Numbered from the stretch's first letter, positions 39,999 to 50,682 are shown. The stretch: DNA of 64,000 nt from an uncultured Acidobacteriota bacterium (GCA_964574335.1 CAZNNH010000001.1:2928-66927), one strand, 5' to 3'. A program made the numbers and translations. The notes: a model not told the origin generated them from the letters alone.

Positions 39999-42137
39999 TC
40001 ACTCCGGGACGGGGAAGCCCCGGTCGCGCATCAGCGCCTCCATCCCGGCGTCGCGGCCCCGGAAGGCGCGGTAAGCCTCGGCCGGGTCCACCGCGTTGCG
40101 CGGCGCGAACAGGTGCTCGACCAGCCTCTTGGCCAGCGCCTTGTCGTAGAAGCCGCCCGGGGCCTCGGCGAATGCCTCGGCCGCGTCCGCGGTCAGGACG
40201 TCGGCCCACATGTAGCCGTAGTAGCCGGCGGCGTAGCCCTCGCCGGAGAAGACGTGGGTGAACTGCGGGCTCCGGTGCCGCATCACCACCTGGTGCGGCA
40301 TCCCCAGCTCGGCCAGGGCCTTCTTCTCGTAGGCGTCGACGTCGAGACCGGCCGGGTCCATGGTGTGGTACCGCATGTCCAAAAGGGCCGAGGCCAGGTA
40401 CTCGGTGGTCAGGAAGCCCTGGTTGAAGGTCCGCGCCTTCTTGATCTTGGCCACCAGCTCCGCCGGCATCGGCTTGCCGGTCTCATGGTGGACCAGGAAG
40501 CGCTCGATCACCGGGTCGGTGAGCAGCCAGCGCTCCAATAGCTGGGACTGCAGCTCGGTGTAGTCGCGGACGCCGCCGTTGAGGGTCGGGTACTCGACGT
40601 TCGACAGCAGGGCGTGCAGGGCGTGGCCGAACTCGTGGAAGAGGGTGGTGGCGTCGTCCCACGAGACGAGCACCGGCTCCCCGGGTGCCGCCTTGATGAA
40701 GTTGGCGTTGTTCGAGCCCAGCACGGTCACTTCGCCGTCGAAGGTCTCGTGGCCGCGGTAGGTGGCCGCCCAGGCCCCCGAGCGCTTCCCGGTCCGGGCG
40801 AAGGGATCGAGGTACCAGAAGCCGACGTGACGACCGGAGTCGCGGTCCTTGACCTCGAAGACCGTGACGTCGTCGTGGTAGACGGGGACCGATCCGGGCG
40901 CCACCGGCTCGAAGGTCAGACCGAAGACCTCGCCGGCCACGAAAAACAGCGCCTGGCGGAGCTTGTCGAGCTGCAGGTACTGCTTGACCTCACCCGAGTC
41001 CAGGTCGTACTTGGCCTTGCGGACCTTCTCGGCGTAGTAGCGGTAGTCCCAGGGCTCGATGGTGACGCCCTTCCCCTCGGCGTCGGCGATCGCCTGCATG
41101 TCGGCGACCTCCTCCTTCACCCGGAGAAGGGCCGCCGGCCACACCGCCTCCATCAGGGCGAAGGCCCGCTCCGGGGTCTTGGCCATCCGGTTCTCCAGCC
41201 GCCAGGCGGCGTAGCTCGGGTAGCCGAGCAGCCCGACCCGTTCGTGCCGGAGCTGCAGGATCTCGGCGACCAGGGCGTTGTTGTCGTGCTCGTCACCGTT
41301 GTCGCCCCGCGAGTAGTAGGTCCGCCACACCTTCTCGCGCAGCGCCCGCTGGTCGGAGAAAATGAGGAACGGGTCCATCGAGGAGCGGGTGTTGGTCACG
41401 GCGTACTCGCCCGGGTGTCCCCGCTCGGCGGCGGCGGCCGCCGCCGACTTGACGAAGGACTCCGGCAGCCCGCCGAGCTGCTCCTCGGTCAGGTAGGTGA
41501 CGTAGCCCTCCTCGTCCGCCAGCACGTTGTTGCCGAAGGCGGTGTGCAGCTCGGCCAGGCGCTGGTTGATCTCCGCGTAGCGGAGCTTCTTCTCCCCCTC
41601 GAGCGTGGCGCCGTTGCGGGCGAAGCCGTCGTAGGTCAGGAGCGCCAGGCGCTGCTGGTCCGGGCGCAGGGCCTTCGTCTCCTCGGACTCGTAGGCCGCC
41701 TTGACCCGTGCGAACAGCTCCGGGTTCTGGGTGATCTTCGAGTTGAACTCCGCCAACCTGGGGGCCATCTCCCTCTGGATGGCCCGGAACTCCGGCGTGG
41801 AACGATTGCCGCTCCAGATGCGCCAGTAGGTGAAGACCCGGTCCAGGTCGCGGCCGGACCGCTCCAGGGCCAGGACGGTGTTCTCGAAGCTGGGCGGATC
41901 GGCCTCGGCGGCGATGATCTCGATCTCCTTGAGCTGCCGGGCCATGGCGATCTCGAGGGCCGGCTTCAGCGCCTCGAGGTCCATCTCGTCGAAGGCCGGG
42001 ACGCCGTCGTAGGGGCCGGTCCACGGCGCGAGCAGGACGTTCCCTTGCTTCACCGGCTCCTCCGCCTGCGCCGGCGCCGAGAATGCGACGGCCATCAAGA
42101 TGACGACGACGACGATCGGTCTCAGGGTTCCGGGCAT
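39999..42137 (-). CDS. M3 family metallopeptidase (dipeptidyl carboxypeptidase-like)
   Basis: FHEFGHALH zincin motif, E..SQLLE, F.HVF.G.GYAAGYY.Y.WA; signal peptide. Confidence 0.95.
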   Translation of the reverse strand: MPGTLRPIVVVVILMAVAFSAPAQAEEPVKQGNVLLAPWTGPYDGVPAFDEMDLEALKPALEIAMARQLKEIEIIAAEADPPSFENTVLALERSGRDLDRVFTYWRIWSGNRSTPEFRAIQREMAPRLAEFNSKITQNPELFARVKAAYESEETKALRPDQQRLALLTYDGFARNGATLEGEKKLRYAEINQRLAELHTAFGNNVLADEEGYVTYLTEEQLGGLPESFVKSAAAAAAERGHPGEYAVTNTRSSMDPFLIFSDQRALREKVWRTYYSRGDNGDEHDNNALVAEILQLRHERVGLLGYPSYAAWRLENRMAKTPERAFALMEAVWPAALLRVKEEVADMQAIADAEGKGVTIEPWDYRYYAEKVRKAKYDLDSGEVKQYLQLDKLRQALFFVAGEVFGLTFEPVAPGSVPVYHDDVTVFEVKDRDSGRHVGFWYLDPFARTGKRSGAWAATYRGHETFDGEVTVLGSNNANFIKAAPGEPVLVSWDDATTLFHEFGHALHALLSNVEYPTLNGGVRDYTELQSQLLERWLLTDPVIERFLVHHETGKPMPAELVAKIKKARTFNQGFLTTEYLASALLDMRYHTMDPAGLDVDAYEKKALAELGMPHQVVMRHRSPQFTHVFSGEGYAAGYYGYMWADVLTADAAEAFAEAPGGFYDKALAKRLVEHLFAPRNAVDPAEAYRAFRGRDAGMEALMRDRGFPVPE

Positions 42138-42303
42138 GTTTCGATCTCCCTCTCGAGATGGCCGAGGCGGGGCCGGACGGTGCGACCGCCGGACAAGCCT
42201 GGCGCGGCCCAGCCAGATCGCCTCCCGCCGAGGCGCAGTGGCGATTGTGCCCGATCTGAAGGCTCCGGGTCGAGGGCGGCGGAGCGCCCCGGACGGGGCG
42301 CGC

Positions 42304-44832
42304 CTACGGCTGGAACGCGCGGGGGTTGTAGCGCTCGGCGCGGCCGCGGGCGAGCTGGAGCTTTCGCTCCAGCCGCTGCAGCGCGGCGGCGTCCTTCTGC
42401 GGATCGAGCGGGCCCAGCCGCTTCTCGTACAGCCTGACCAGGGCCTCGGCCACCCGGGCGTCGAACGGCATGTGGTGGAGCCACACCTCCCACTCGTCGG
42501 TCAGGTCCTCCAGGCTCTCGCCGTAGTCGTCGCTCTTCAGCAGGGCGTGGTTGGCGACGGCCACCCCCGGGTATCCGTAGGGATCCAGGCCCAGGGTGGT
42601 CTTCGAGTCGCTGAAGAAGCCGTCCCCGCCGTACATCGGGTACTCGAGGCCGACCGGCCTCTGGTTGCAGCCTCAGGTGAAGCCCGAAAGGGCCTGCACG
42701 AGCTGCCGGACCGCGGCGGCCTCGTCGCCCAGCTTGCGACGGCCGAGCCCGCTGTAGAGGGCCGGGATCGACTCGTCCGCGCGGTCCAGGCGGTCGAGGC
42801 CCTTGCGGATCTCGCCGCGACCGAGCTCCACCACCCCAACCTCCGCCAGCGTCTTGTCGCTGAGCTGGCCCTCGGCGTCGATCTTGCCGGCGAGCTCGGA
42901 GAGCAGCTCGAAGCGGCGCTCGCCGATGAGGTACTCGATGCTGGACTGAAGCGCCCAGTCCTGCTGGGCCCAGCGCTCGTCGTGGTACTGCCCCCAGAGA
43001 TGGATCCCCTCGTCGAAGTCCTCGCCGAAGTATCGACGGATGGAGCCGGCGACGGCGTCGGGATCGAACCGCGCTGCGACCTCGTCCCGGAGCCCGGGGA
43101 GCTCGGAGACCAGGATCGTCACCGGGAAGAAGAACTCACCCGTGTCGCCCGCCGCCCGCAGCAGGTGGGGGGCCGAGACGGTCCCCTCCGGCGCGTCGAA
43201 GTAGTGGAGCTGGAAGTGGAGGTATCCCTCGCTCAGCCGGGACACTCGGCGGCGGATGTCCTCGGGCAGCCGGTCTTCCTTGTCCGGTGGATAGGCGAGG
43301 GCGAGGGTGGTGGCCTGCTTCTTCCACGCCTTGATGAAGTCCTTCTGCAGGTACTCCACCCAGATGTCCTGGGTGGCCACGTCGTAGGTCACGAAGGTGT
43401 CCAGCGCGTCGTCGTAGCCCACGATCACGAAGACGTGGGCGGGCACGTAGACCAGCACCGGGAAGCCGGCGTCGATCAGGGCCTTGATGTCGTCGATCCC
43501 GGCCATCGGAAGGTAGTCGTGGCGGAAGCCCTCCTGGTCGGCCAGCCAGCTCTGGTTCACGGCGAAGGTCCCGCTGGTGAGACCGGTGATCCTCTCTCCG
43601 ATCACCCGGGCGCTCACGTTGGCACCCCAGTACCGCATGGCCAGGGCCAGCGAGTTGGGCGCGCAGTAGGCGGCCTTGTACTCGGTGCGGGTCTCGATGC
43701 CGGGCAGCACCACCCGCCGGCCTCCTCCGTTGCGGGCCAGGTTGTCCAGGAACCGGCTGGCCTTCTTGACCCGCTCGGCGTTGGCCGTGTACTTGGCCAC
43801 CACCCGCCGGAAGCCCCGCTCCGCCTTGGCCGCGTCGCCCAGCTTGTGGGAGAGCAGGGCCGCCCGGTACTGGAGGTACGAGGCCACCTGCTCGCTCGGC
43901 TGCTTCTCGAGGCCGATCTCGTACGCGTAGACCGCCGGCCCGGTGTGGGCGGCTCGCTCCAGGCTCCGGCCCAGGGCCAGGAACAGCTCGCCGGTGTGGC
44001 CGGAGGTCACCGCCAGGACGAGGCCGGCCGCCAGGTTCATGCCGAGGGCCAGCCCGGCCCGCTTCAGCTTCGCCGCCACCCCCTGCGGAGCGATGATGAA
44101 GAAGAGCAGGAACACAGGCCACCAGGTGCCGACCAGGAAGTGGCCCAGCATCAGCGGCGCCATCACCGCCTCCCAGCCGGCCCCGGTGGCGGCCCCCGCC
44201 TGGAACCCGGGGATCGCGATCAGGGCCTCCACGGCGGCCACCCACCCCAGATGCGCCCAGACCAGGGTCAGGCCGAGGAGCACCACCTGCCCTCCCGTGG
44301 CCCGCGGCCAGAAGCGGCCCAGCAAGCCCCCCGCCGCACCCCCCGACAGCGCCAGGAAGAACCCGGCGGTCGTCACCCGCATGGCGGCGTAGCTGTCGTC
44401 GAAGAGCACCGGCCACGCCGTCGAGGCGAGCCGGTCCATCAGCAGCAGGTAGACGACCATGCTCGCGGTCCCCAGCGTCCCGCCGATCAGCGTGCCCCCG
44501 GCGATGCCGGCCAGGGTGTGCCGGTAGGTCCCCGTCTCGCGAGGCGGGGTCGGGTGCGTCTCGCGGTAGCGCGCATGGGGGCCACGCAGCGCGAGGAACA
44601 GGGCGGTCCCCGCCACCAGGTGCACGCCGGTCAGGAGCAGGGCGGACCAGTACCACTCCACGCGCCAGAAGACCGCGAAGGCGATGAGGGCCGTGCCCAG
44701 GACGAACGACGCCAAGCCGACGGCCCAGCCCGCTCGTCGATGGCCGAAGCGGCCGAGCGACGCCCCGGCGGCGGGCCCCGAGCAGCACAGGCCCCCCACC
44801 ATCGTCATCGGGACCAGCCAACCCGGGTGCAT
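42304..44832 (-). CDS. Membrane/TPR/peptidase C39-like protein with in-frame TGA (candidate selenoprotein, 842 aa)
   Basis: ORFs 42673..44832 and 42304..42636 are in frame across a TGA at 42673-42675. YCAPNSLALAMRYWG (Cys) and PAHVFVIVGYDD (His) form a C39-like catalytic pair; a SECIS-like hairpin follows the TGA. Confidence 0.75.
42646..42661 (-). promoter_or_regulatory. Candidate bacterial SECIS element
   Basis: mRNA UGA-GGCUGCAACCA(11 nt)-GAGGCC-GGUC-GGCCUC. Spacing and GGUC loop match the E. coli fdhF SECIS layout. Confidence 0.65.
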
Positions 44833-47523
44833 CTACTCGCTCCCCAGGCCCGCGAGCTGGCGCTGGGCCTCCTCCCGCACCGAGCCGCCGGCGTCGATGC
44901 GGGCCGCCCACGCCAGCGCCCGACGGGCCTCACGGACCCGGCCCTGCTGCGCCAGCAGGCGGCCGTAGCGCAGATGGTAGACCGGCCGGTAGGAGCGCAT
45001 ACCGACCGCCCGGCCGTACTCCCGAAGCGCCGCGGTCACGTGACCCTCGGCCTCGGCGACCGCTCCGAGGCAGAACGGGTAGTCGGCGTCCGTCTCCACC
45101 TGCTCGGCGTCGACCTCTCGGAGGATCCGCCCCGCCTCTTCCGGCTGCCCCAGCAGCACGTGGCCGTACGCCAGGCGGAGCTTGGCCTGGAAGTCCTCGG
45201 GCGATGCGGAGACGGCGCCCGCCAGCGCCTCGACCCTCCCGGCGACGTCGCCTCGCTGCTCATTGGCGTCGGACAGGGCCTTCCAGTGGTCGTGCCGGGC
45301 CGGATCCGCCGACACCTGCGCCCGCATCAGCCGGGCGATGCGCTCCAGGTCCTGCGGGTCGCTGCGATCGAGCGTCGACAGGTAGGCCTCGTCGACGTAC
45401 CAGGCGAGGCGATCCTCTTCCAGGTCCTTCTCGAATCGCTGCCGGGCCCGCTCCAGGAACCGGCGGGTGTCGGGGCGGTCGAGGATCTCGCCGACCCGGG
45501 CCAGCTCGGGAAACTGCCTGTCCAGCGGGATGCGGCTTCGGATCCGGGAGAGGCGGGACTCCCAGAGCCTTCCGGCCAGGTGGCCCACCTCCAGCGCCAG
45601 CGGCTCGTCGCGGGCGGCGGCGATCCGGGCCCACTCCAGGCCCGCCACCGGATCGGCCTGCTGGACGAAGGCCAGGCCGATCAGCGCGGCGAGCCGAGCC
45701 CGACTCGCCAGCCTGAGCTCCTCGAGGTCGACACCCAACGCGCTCGCGGCCGAGGCGGCCTGGGTCTCCGGACATACCACCGCCATCAGCGGGCCACGGT
45801 AGGCTAGGCTGTCGCCCTCCCAGAAGGCGACGGCGTACTCCCGGTAGGCCTCGTTCGCGATCCTTTCCAGCCGCTCCCGGCCCTCCTCGTCCTCGCGCAG
45901 GGTCAGGATCTGTTCCGCCTCGCGGCGCGACTCGACCTTCAACCGGCCCGAGAGGTCCTCGAAGCAGTAGGCGCGGAAGACGGATCGTCCCGTGTCGTGG
46001 CTGAAGACGACGGCAAAGGAGCCGTAGTCCTGGTGGATCACCGGGAACCCGGCCGCGAGCAGCGCGGTGAGGGAGTCCTTCTGCGCCGGCAGGAGCAGCA
46101 CCTCGTAGCCGAGGCTCCGCGCCGCATCGTCGAGGTCGGCCAGGCTGGGCAGCGGGCTCAGCAGGATCTCGTCGTCGCTGCGGGACAACGCCTTCAGCCG
46201 GATCTTCACCTCCGACTCGGTGGTGCCCTTCCCCTCCCAGTAGCGGGCCACGGACAGCAGCGCCATCCAGTTCTGGGTGAGGTACGCCTCGTAGTCCACC
46301 ATGGGGATGTCGAGGTCGGGGCCCGAGGAAGGGCTCCCGAAGCCCGGGCTGGCCAGGGCGCCATGGGCGCGCAATGAGACCCAGTGCCACTGGTTGGCGG
46401 CCCCGAACCGCCGCTCCAGCTCCTGGTAGAGGCGCCGGGCGGCCTCGGCGTCGCCGTGCTGGTAGCGGTACCGGGCCAGGTCCTCCGCGATCGCCGGCCA
46501 CTGGGCATGGTCGGGGTAACGCTCGAGCAGGGTGTGCAAGAGGAGCTGGGCGCGCTCGCGGGTGTTGGCGTTGCCGGAGTGGGCATCGTAGAGGAGCTGG
46601 GGCTGCAGGGCGGTCCACATCCCCGTCGACGCGAACCATCCCGGGGACGAGCAGAGAAACGCCAGCGGCACCAGCAGGGTCCGCAGGGCGAAGTCGCGGA
46701 TCCGCGCGGGCGCCCCGAACAGCAGCGCCACGGTGATGTAGCTGAGGACGGTGAGGTCACCGTGTCGCCAAAGCAGGCCCCGGAAGCCGGCGGTCCACGG
46801 CGGGATCAGGGCCGCCTGGGTGGCGGCCATCATCTCCATCGGGCTCGCACCCCGGTGGAGGAGGAACAGCAGCAGCAGGCCGAGCAGGCTGAAGCCGGTG
46901 AAGGTGACGGCCAGCGCGCAGACGAACGTCAGGACGTGGCTGGCGCGGAACCGTCGGCCCGCCCCCGCCCACCAGAGGCCCACCGCCAGGCCCGCGACCA
47001 CGCCCACCGGCAGATAGGAGAAGCAGTCCCAGAGCACCGACTGGCGGTCCAGGGCGTCGAGCGAGCCCTGCATGGGGACCCGTCCCGCCATCGCCTTCGG
47101 GATCGAGAACATGATCCCGGCAGAGGCGCCCAGGATCGCCCCGACGCCGAGACGCCCGATCCAGGACCGCCACTCCCGGAGGTCATACCGGCGCTCGGCC
47201 GGACCCAGGTACCTCCTCTGGACCAGCCAGGCGCTCGCCGCCCACAGCAGGTTGACGGCCAGGGCCAGCGAGCTCACCCACCACCAGGGCAGCGTGGCCC
47301 GCATCGACGCCCAGCCGACCAGGACGGAGAGGGCCAGGTTGGCGGCCACCGCGGCCACGGCCGGCCGCCGGAGGCCCCGCCGGTAGAGGGCCCAGGACAC
47401 CATCAGCCATGGGAAGAGCCCCGACACCGCCAGCCCGACGAGAAGAAGCGCGTACCCGGGCCACGGACCGGGCGGCTCCTGCGGCGCCTTTGGCACGGCT
47501 GGCGAGTCTGGCGGGTCCGACAT
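44833..47523 (-). CDS. Membrane/TPR protein with a degenerate C39-like domain
   Basis: About 7 TM segments, TPR-like helices, and a C39-like core (ALLSVARYWEG...LLAAGFPVI...FAVVFSHD) lacking the Cys/His pair. TAG-ATG abutment with the downstream gene. Confidence 0.75.
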   Translation of the reverse strand: MSDPPDSPAVPKAPQEPPGPWPGYALLLVGLAVSGLFPWLMVSWALYRRGLRRPAVAAVAANLALSVLVGWASMRATLPWWWVSSLALAVNLLWAASAWLVQRRYLGPAERRYDLREWRSWIGRLGVGAILGASAGIMFSIPKAMAGRVPMQGSLDALDRQSVLWDCFSYLPVGVVAGLAVGLWWAGAGRRFRASHVLTFVCALAVTFTGFSLLGLLLLFLLHRGASPMEMMAATQAALIPPWTAGFRGLLWRHGDLTVLSYITVALLFGAPARIRDFALRTLLVPLAFLCSSPGWFASTGMWTALQPQLLYDAHSGNANTRERAQLLLHTLLERYPDHAQWPAIAEDLARYRYQHGDAEAARRLYQELERRFGAANQWHWVSLRAHGALASPGFGSPSSGPDLDIPMVDYEAYLTQNWMALLSVARYWEGKGTTESEVKIRLKALSRSDDEILLSPLPSLADLDDAARSLGYEVLLLPAQKDSLTALLAAGFPVIHQDYGSFAVVFSHDTGRSVFRAYCFEDLSGRLKVESRREAEQILTLREDEEGRERLERIANEAYREYAVAFWEGDSLAYRGPLMAVVCPETQAASAASALGVDLEELRLASRARLAALIGLAFVQQADPVAGLEWARIAAARDEPLALEVGHLAGRLWESRLSRIRSRIPLDRQFPELARVGEILDRPDTRRFLERARQRFEKDLEEDRLAWYVDEAYLSTLDRSDPQDLERIARLMRAQVSADPARHDHWKALSDANEQRGDVAGRVEALAGAVSASPEDFQAKLRLAYGHVLLGQPEEAGRILREVDAEQVETDADYPFCLGAVAEAEGHVTAALREYGRAVGMRSYRPVYHLRYGRLLAQQGRVREARRALAWAARIDAGGSVREEAQRQLAGLGSE

Positions 47524-47684
47524 CGCCAGACAATAGAAGACGGGCGAGCCGGCGTCAACGTGGTCTTCCATCGTCCACCGCCCCCCGAAGAGGTCTGCTG
47601 CTTGGACACTGATGGGACGCCAGTGGATCCTGGTGGCGCGGCGTCTCCTGCCGCCGGCTGCGGGGATAGGGTAAAGTGTGAGCC

Positions 47685-47972
47685 ATGGACTTCATCCACC
47701 GGGCCTTTGGTGGCGGCGCCCACACCGCGCCACACGAGACGCTGGCGGCTCTGGAGCAGAAGTACCGCCCCGTCCTGGAGCGGGCCGCTCGACTGGAGCT
47801 CAAGATCGTTACCCTTCGCCTCGAGGGCGAGAGGGTCGTCCTGGAGGCGACCGCACCCAGCCCCGAGGCGAAGGAAGCCCTCCTGCAGGAGCTGGAGCTG
47901 CTCGACCCGAACGGGGAAGAGTTCCAGGCCCACATCGCCGTGGCCGCGGCGCCCACTACCGGCACGCGGTAG
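47685..47972 (+). CDS. Small hypothetical protein (resembles the N-terminal domain of LysM proteins, without LysM)
   Basis: L.ALEQKY..VL......L.LEG..V.LEATAPS.EAKE pattern, from memory only. Confidence 0.5.
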   Translation: MDFIHRAFGGGAHTAPHETLAALEQKYRPVLERAARLELKIVTLRLEGERVVLEATAPSPEAKEALLQELELLDPNGEEFQAHIAVAAAPTTGTR

Positions 47973-48040
47973 CTTGGTACGTCACCCGCCCGCCGTCCGG
48001 TGAGAGTCGTCGAGTCTCTGTTGGGGCTCGCGACGGAGCG

Positions 48041-50512
48041 CTAGGCGGCGCTCCGGCGCGCGAGGGTCGGTCGCTCCGGGTCCAGGATCCGATAGGCCGC
48101 CAGCTTCACACGGTCGTTGATCGGGAACCAGGCCAGGGCGTAGACCCACACCGCCAGGGCCCAGCCCCAGCCGATCGGGGGCATGAACCATCCGAAGACG
48201 GCGAAGCAGGTGGCCACGATCTGCGTCCCGATCACCGCCCACAGCAGCACCGGCGAAGGCCGCGTGGACCAGAACGGCCCCCGGGTGCGGGTGACGAAGA
48301 CGGTGAGGTGCCCGGCCACCGAGAGCTTCAGGTAGATGAGCGTCTGCAGCACGTCCCGGCTCAGGTGGAACACCCGCTCCCCGAGGTAGAACAGGCCGAA
48401 GGAGGCGAAGACGCCGGCCACGCCCAGGACGGTGGCGATCCCGAGAACGTTGCGCATGTTCCAGGCCTCGGGCTCTTCCGAGTACTTCACGCGGTCGTAG
48501 GCGATCGACAGGATGGCGCCGTCGTTGAGCAAGGCCAGCAGGACGATCATGACCGCCGTGACCGGGTAGAAGTTGAAGACCAGGATGGAGAGGGTCATGA
48601 ACAGCAGCACCCGGATCGTCTCCGCGATCCGGTAGATCGCGTAGCTGTTCATCCTCTGGAAAATCTTGCGGCTCTCCTTGATGGCGTCGATGATCACCGA
48701 GAGGCCGGGGGTCAGCAGCACCATGGCGGCGGCGGCGCGGGCGGCGTCGGTGGCCCCCGACACGGCGATGCCGCAGTCGGCCTTCTTCAGGGCCGGCGCG
48801 TCGTTCACCCCGTCTCCGGTCATCCCCACGATGTGGTGTCGCTTCTGCAGCACCTCGACGATGTGGAACTTGTGCTCCGGAAAGACCTGGGCGAACCCGT
48901 CGGAGGCCTCGATGGCCTCGTCGAGCTGGGCGCCCTGATGGTGGGTGGTCTCGCCGAACAGGGTGGCGTCCAGGATATTGCGTCCGAGCCCGACCTGCCC
49001 CGCGATCTCCTTGCCGATGGCGACCTGGTCTCCGGTCACCATCTTGACCCGCACGCCCATGCGCCGGGCCTGCTCGATGGTGGTCTTCGAGTCCTCGCGC
49101 GGCGGGTCGGAGAGGGCCAGCACGCCCAGGAAGCGCCAGTCGCCTCCCCCGTCGGCGCGGGCCACGCCCAGGGCCCGGAACCCGCGGCGGGCGAACTGAT
49201 CGACCGCCTCCTCGACCTCCGCCCGTAGACCTGCGGAGACGCCGGCCAACGCCAGGATCACCTGGGGCGCGCCCTTGCTGGCGCGCAGCTCGGCCCCGTC
49301 CGGGGCCCTGACCGCGGCCTCGGTGCGCTTTCCGACCGGATCGAACGGGCGGAAGCGCGTCACCTCGTGGCCCCTCAGGGCCTGGGCGTCGTGGACGCCG
49401 GTGAGCACGGCCTGATCGATGGCGTCACCGGCCTCGGAGCGCGACGCCAGCGCCGCCGCCAGGATCACCTGGTCGGGCGTGGATCCGCCAGCGCAGAAGG
49501 TGTCGGTCAGGGTCAGCTTGTTCTGAGTGAGGGTCCCCGTCTTGTCGGAGCACAGGACGTCCATCCCGGCCAGCTCCTCGATGGCCACCAGCCGGCTGAC
49601 GATGGCCTGCTTGCGGGCCAGAAGCCGCGCCCCGACCGCCATCGTCACCGAGAGGACGGTGGGCATGGCGACCGGGATCGCGGCCACCGTCAGCACCAGG
49701 GCGAACTGCACCGTGGTGATCAGCCGGTCCCCCCGGAACAACGCCACCACGATGATCAGGGCGACCAGCACCGCAGCCAGGGCGATCAGGTAGTCGCCGA
49801 TCTTCAGGACCGCCTTCTGGAAGTGACTCACGGTGTCGGCCGACTCCACGAGCTGGGCGGTCTTGCCGAAGTAGGTCTTGGCGCCGGTGGCGGAGACCAG
49901 CGCGTCGATCTCGCCCCGCTTGAGGATGGAGCCTGCGTATAGGGTCTCGCCCGGCTTCCGGGTGACAGGCAGCGACTCCCCGGTGAGGGCGGCCTGGTCC
50001 ACCTCCACCGACTCGCCGTCGAGGAGGACCACATCGGCGGGGATGACGTCTCCCAGCCTCAGCCGGACCCGGTCGCCCGGGACCAGCTCCCGCGCCGGCA
50101 GGTCCCGCCAGGCGCCGTCACGGCGCACGCGGGCCTGGAGCGCCAGGTTGGCCTTGAGCGCGGCGATCGCGTTCCCGGCCTGGTACTCCTCCCAGAAGCC
50201 GACCACGGCGTTGGCCAGCAGCAGCACCAGGATGATGATGAAGTCGGCCCAGTGCCGCACCACCGCCGACAGGATGGCGGCGGCCTCGATCATCCACGGG
50301 ATCGGCCCCCAGAAGTGGCCGAGAAACTCCAAGAGAGGGTTGCGCTTCTTCTCCGGAAGCTCGTTGGCGCCGTACTCTTCGAGGCGGCGGGCGGCCTCCT
50401 GCTGGGACAGCCCCTCGAGCGAGGTCTTCAGCTTGGACAGCACGTCCTGCAGGTTCGGCGCGGCTTGGGGCGCTTTCGCTTCCCCTCCGTCATGTAACAG
50501 GTCTTCGGCCAT
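48041..50512 (-). CDS. Plasma-membrane proton-efflux P-type ATPase (type IIIA)
   Basis: DQAALTGES, AIPVAMP, CSDKTGTLT, SKGAPQVI, MVTGD, MTGDGVNDAPALKKAD, YRIAET. Confidence 0.95.
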   Translation of the reverse strand: MAEDLLHDGGEAKAPQAAPNLQDVLSKLKTSLEGLSQQEAARRLEEYGANELPEKKRNPLLEFLGHFWGPIPWMIEAAAILSAVVRHWADFIIILVLLLANAVVGFWEEYQAGNAIAALKANLALQARVRRDGAWRDLPARELVPGDRVRLRLGDVIPADVVLLDGESVEVDQAALTGESLPVTRKPGETLYAGSILKRGEIDALVSATGAKTYFGKTAQLVESADTVSHFQKAVLKIGDYLIALAAVLVALIIVVALFRGDRLITTVQFALVLTVAAIPVAMPTVLSVTMAVGARLLARKQAIVSRLVAIEELAGMDVLCSDKTGTLTQNKLTLTDTFCAGGSTPDQVILAAALASRSEAGDAIDQAVLTGVHDAQALRGHEVTRFRPFDPVGKRTEAAVRAPDGAELRASKGAPQVILALAGVSAGLRAEVEEAVDQFARRGFRALGVARADGGGDWRFLGVLALSDPPREDSKTTIEQARRMGVRVKMVTGDQVAIGKEIAGQVGLGRNILDATLFGETTHHQGAQLDEAIEASDGFAQVFPEHKFHIVEVLQKRHHIVGMTGDGVNDAPALKKADCGIAVSGATDAARAAAAMVLLTPGLSVIIDAIKESRKIFQRMNSYAIYRIAETIRVLLFMTLSILVFNFYPVTAVMIVLLALLNDGAILSIAYDRVKYSEEPEAWNMRNVLGIATVLGVAGVFASFGLFYLGERVFHLSRDVLQTLIYLKLSVAGHLTVFVTRTRGPFWSTRPSPVLLWAVIGTQIVATCFAVFGWFMPPIGWGWALAVWVYALAWFPINDRVKLAAYRILDPERPTLARRSAA

Positions 50513-50682
50513 CGGTGCTCCTTTCTGCTGCGGCAGCCGGAGCCGTGGGTGTGGTAATGAGACAGGCGTGACTTCATCATCGCCCGCCTGGAGAGACGGT
50601 GTCAAAAGCCGCCGGGCGGCGGGCGTCCTGTGGCCGTCCGATCGGCGATCAGCGAGACGACGTCTTCACAGAGACGACACCC

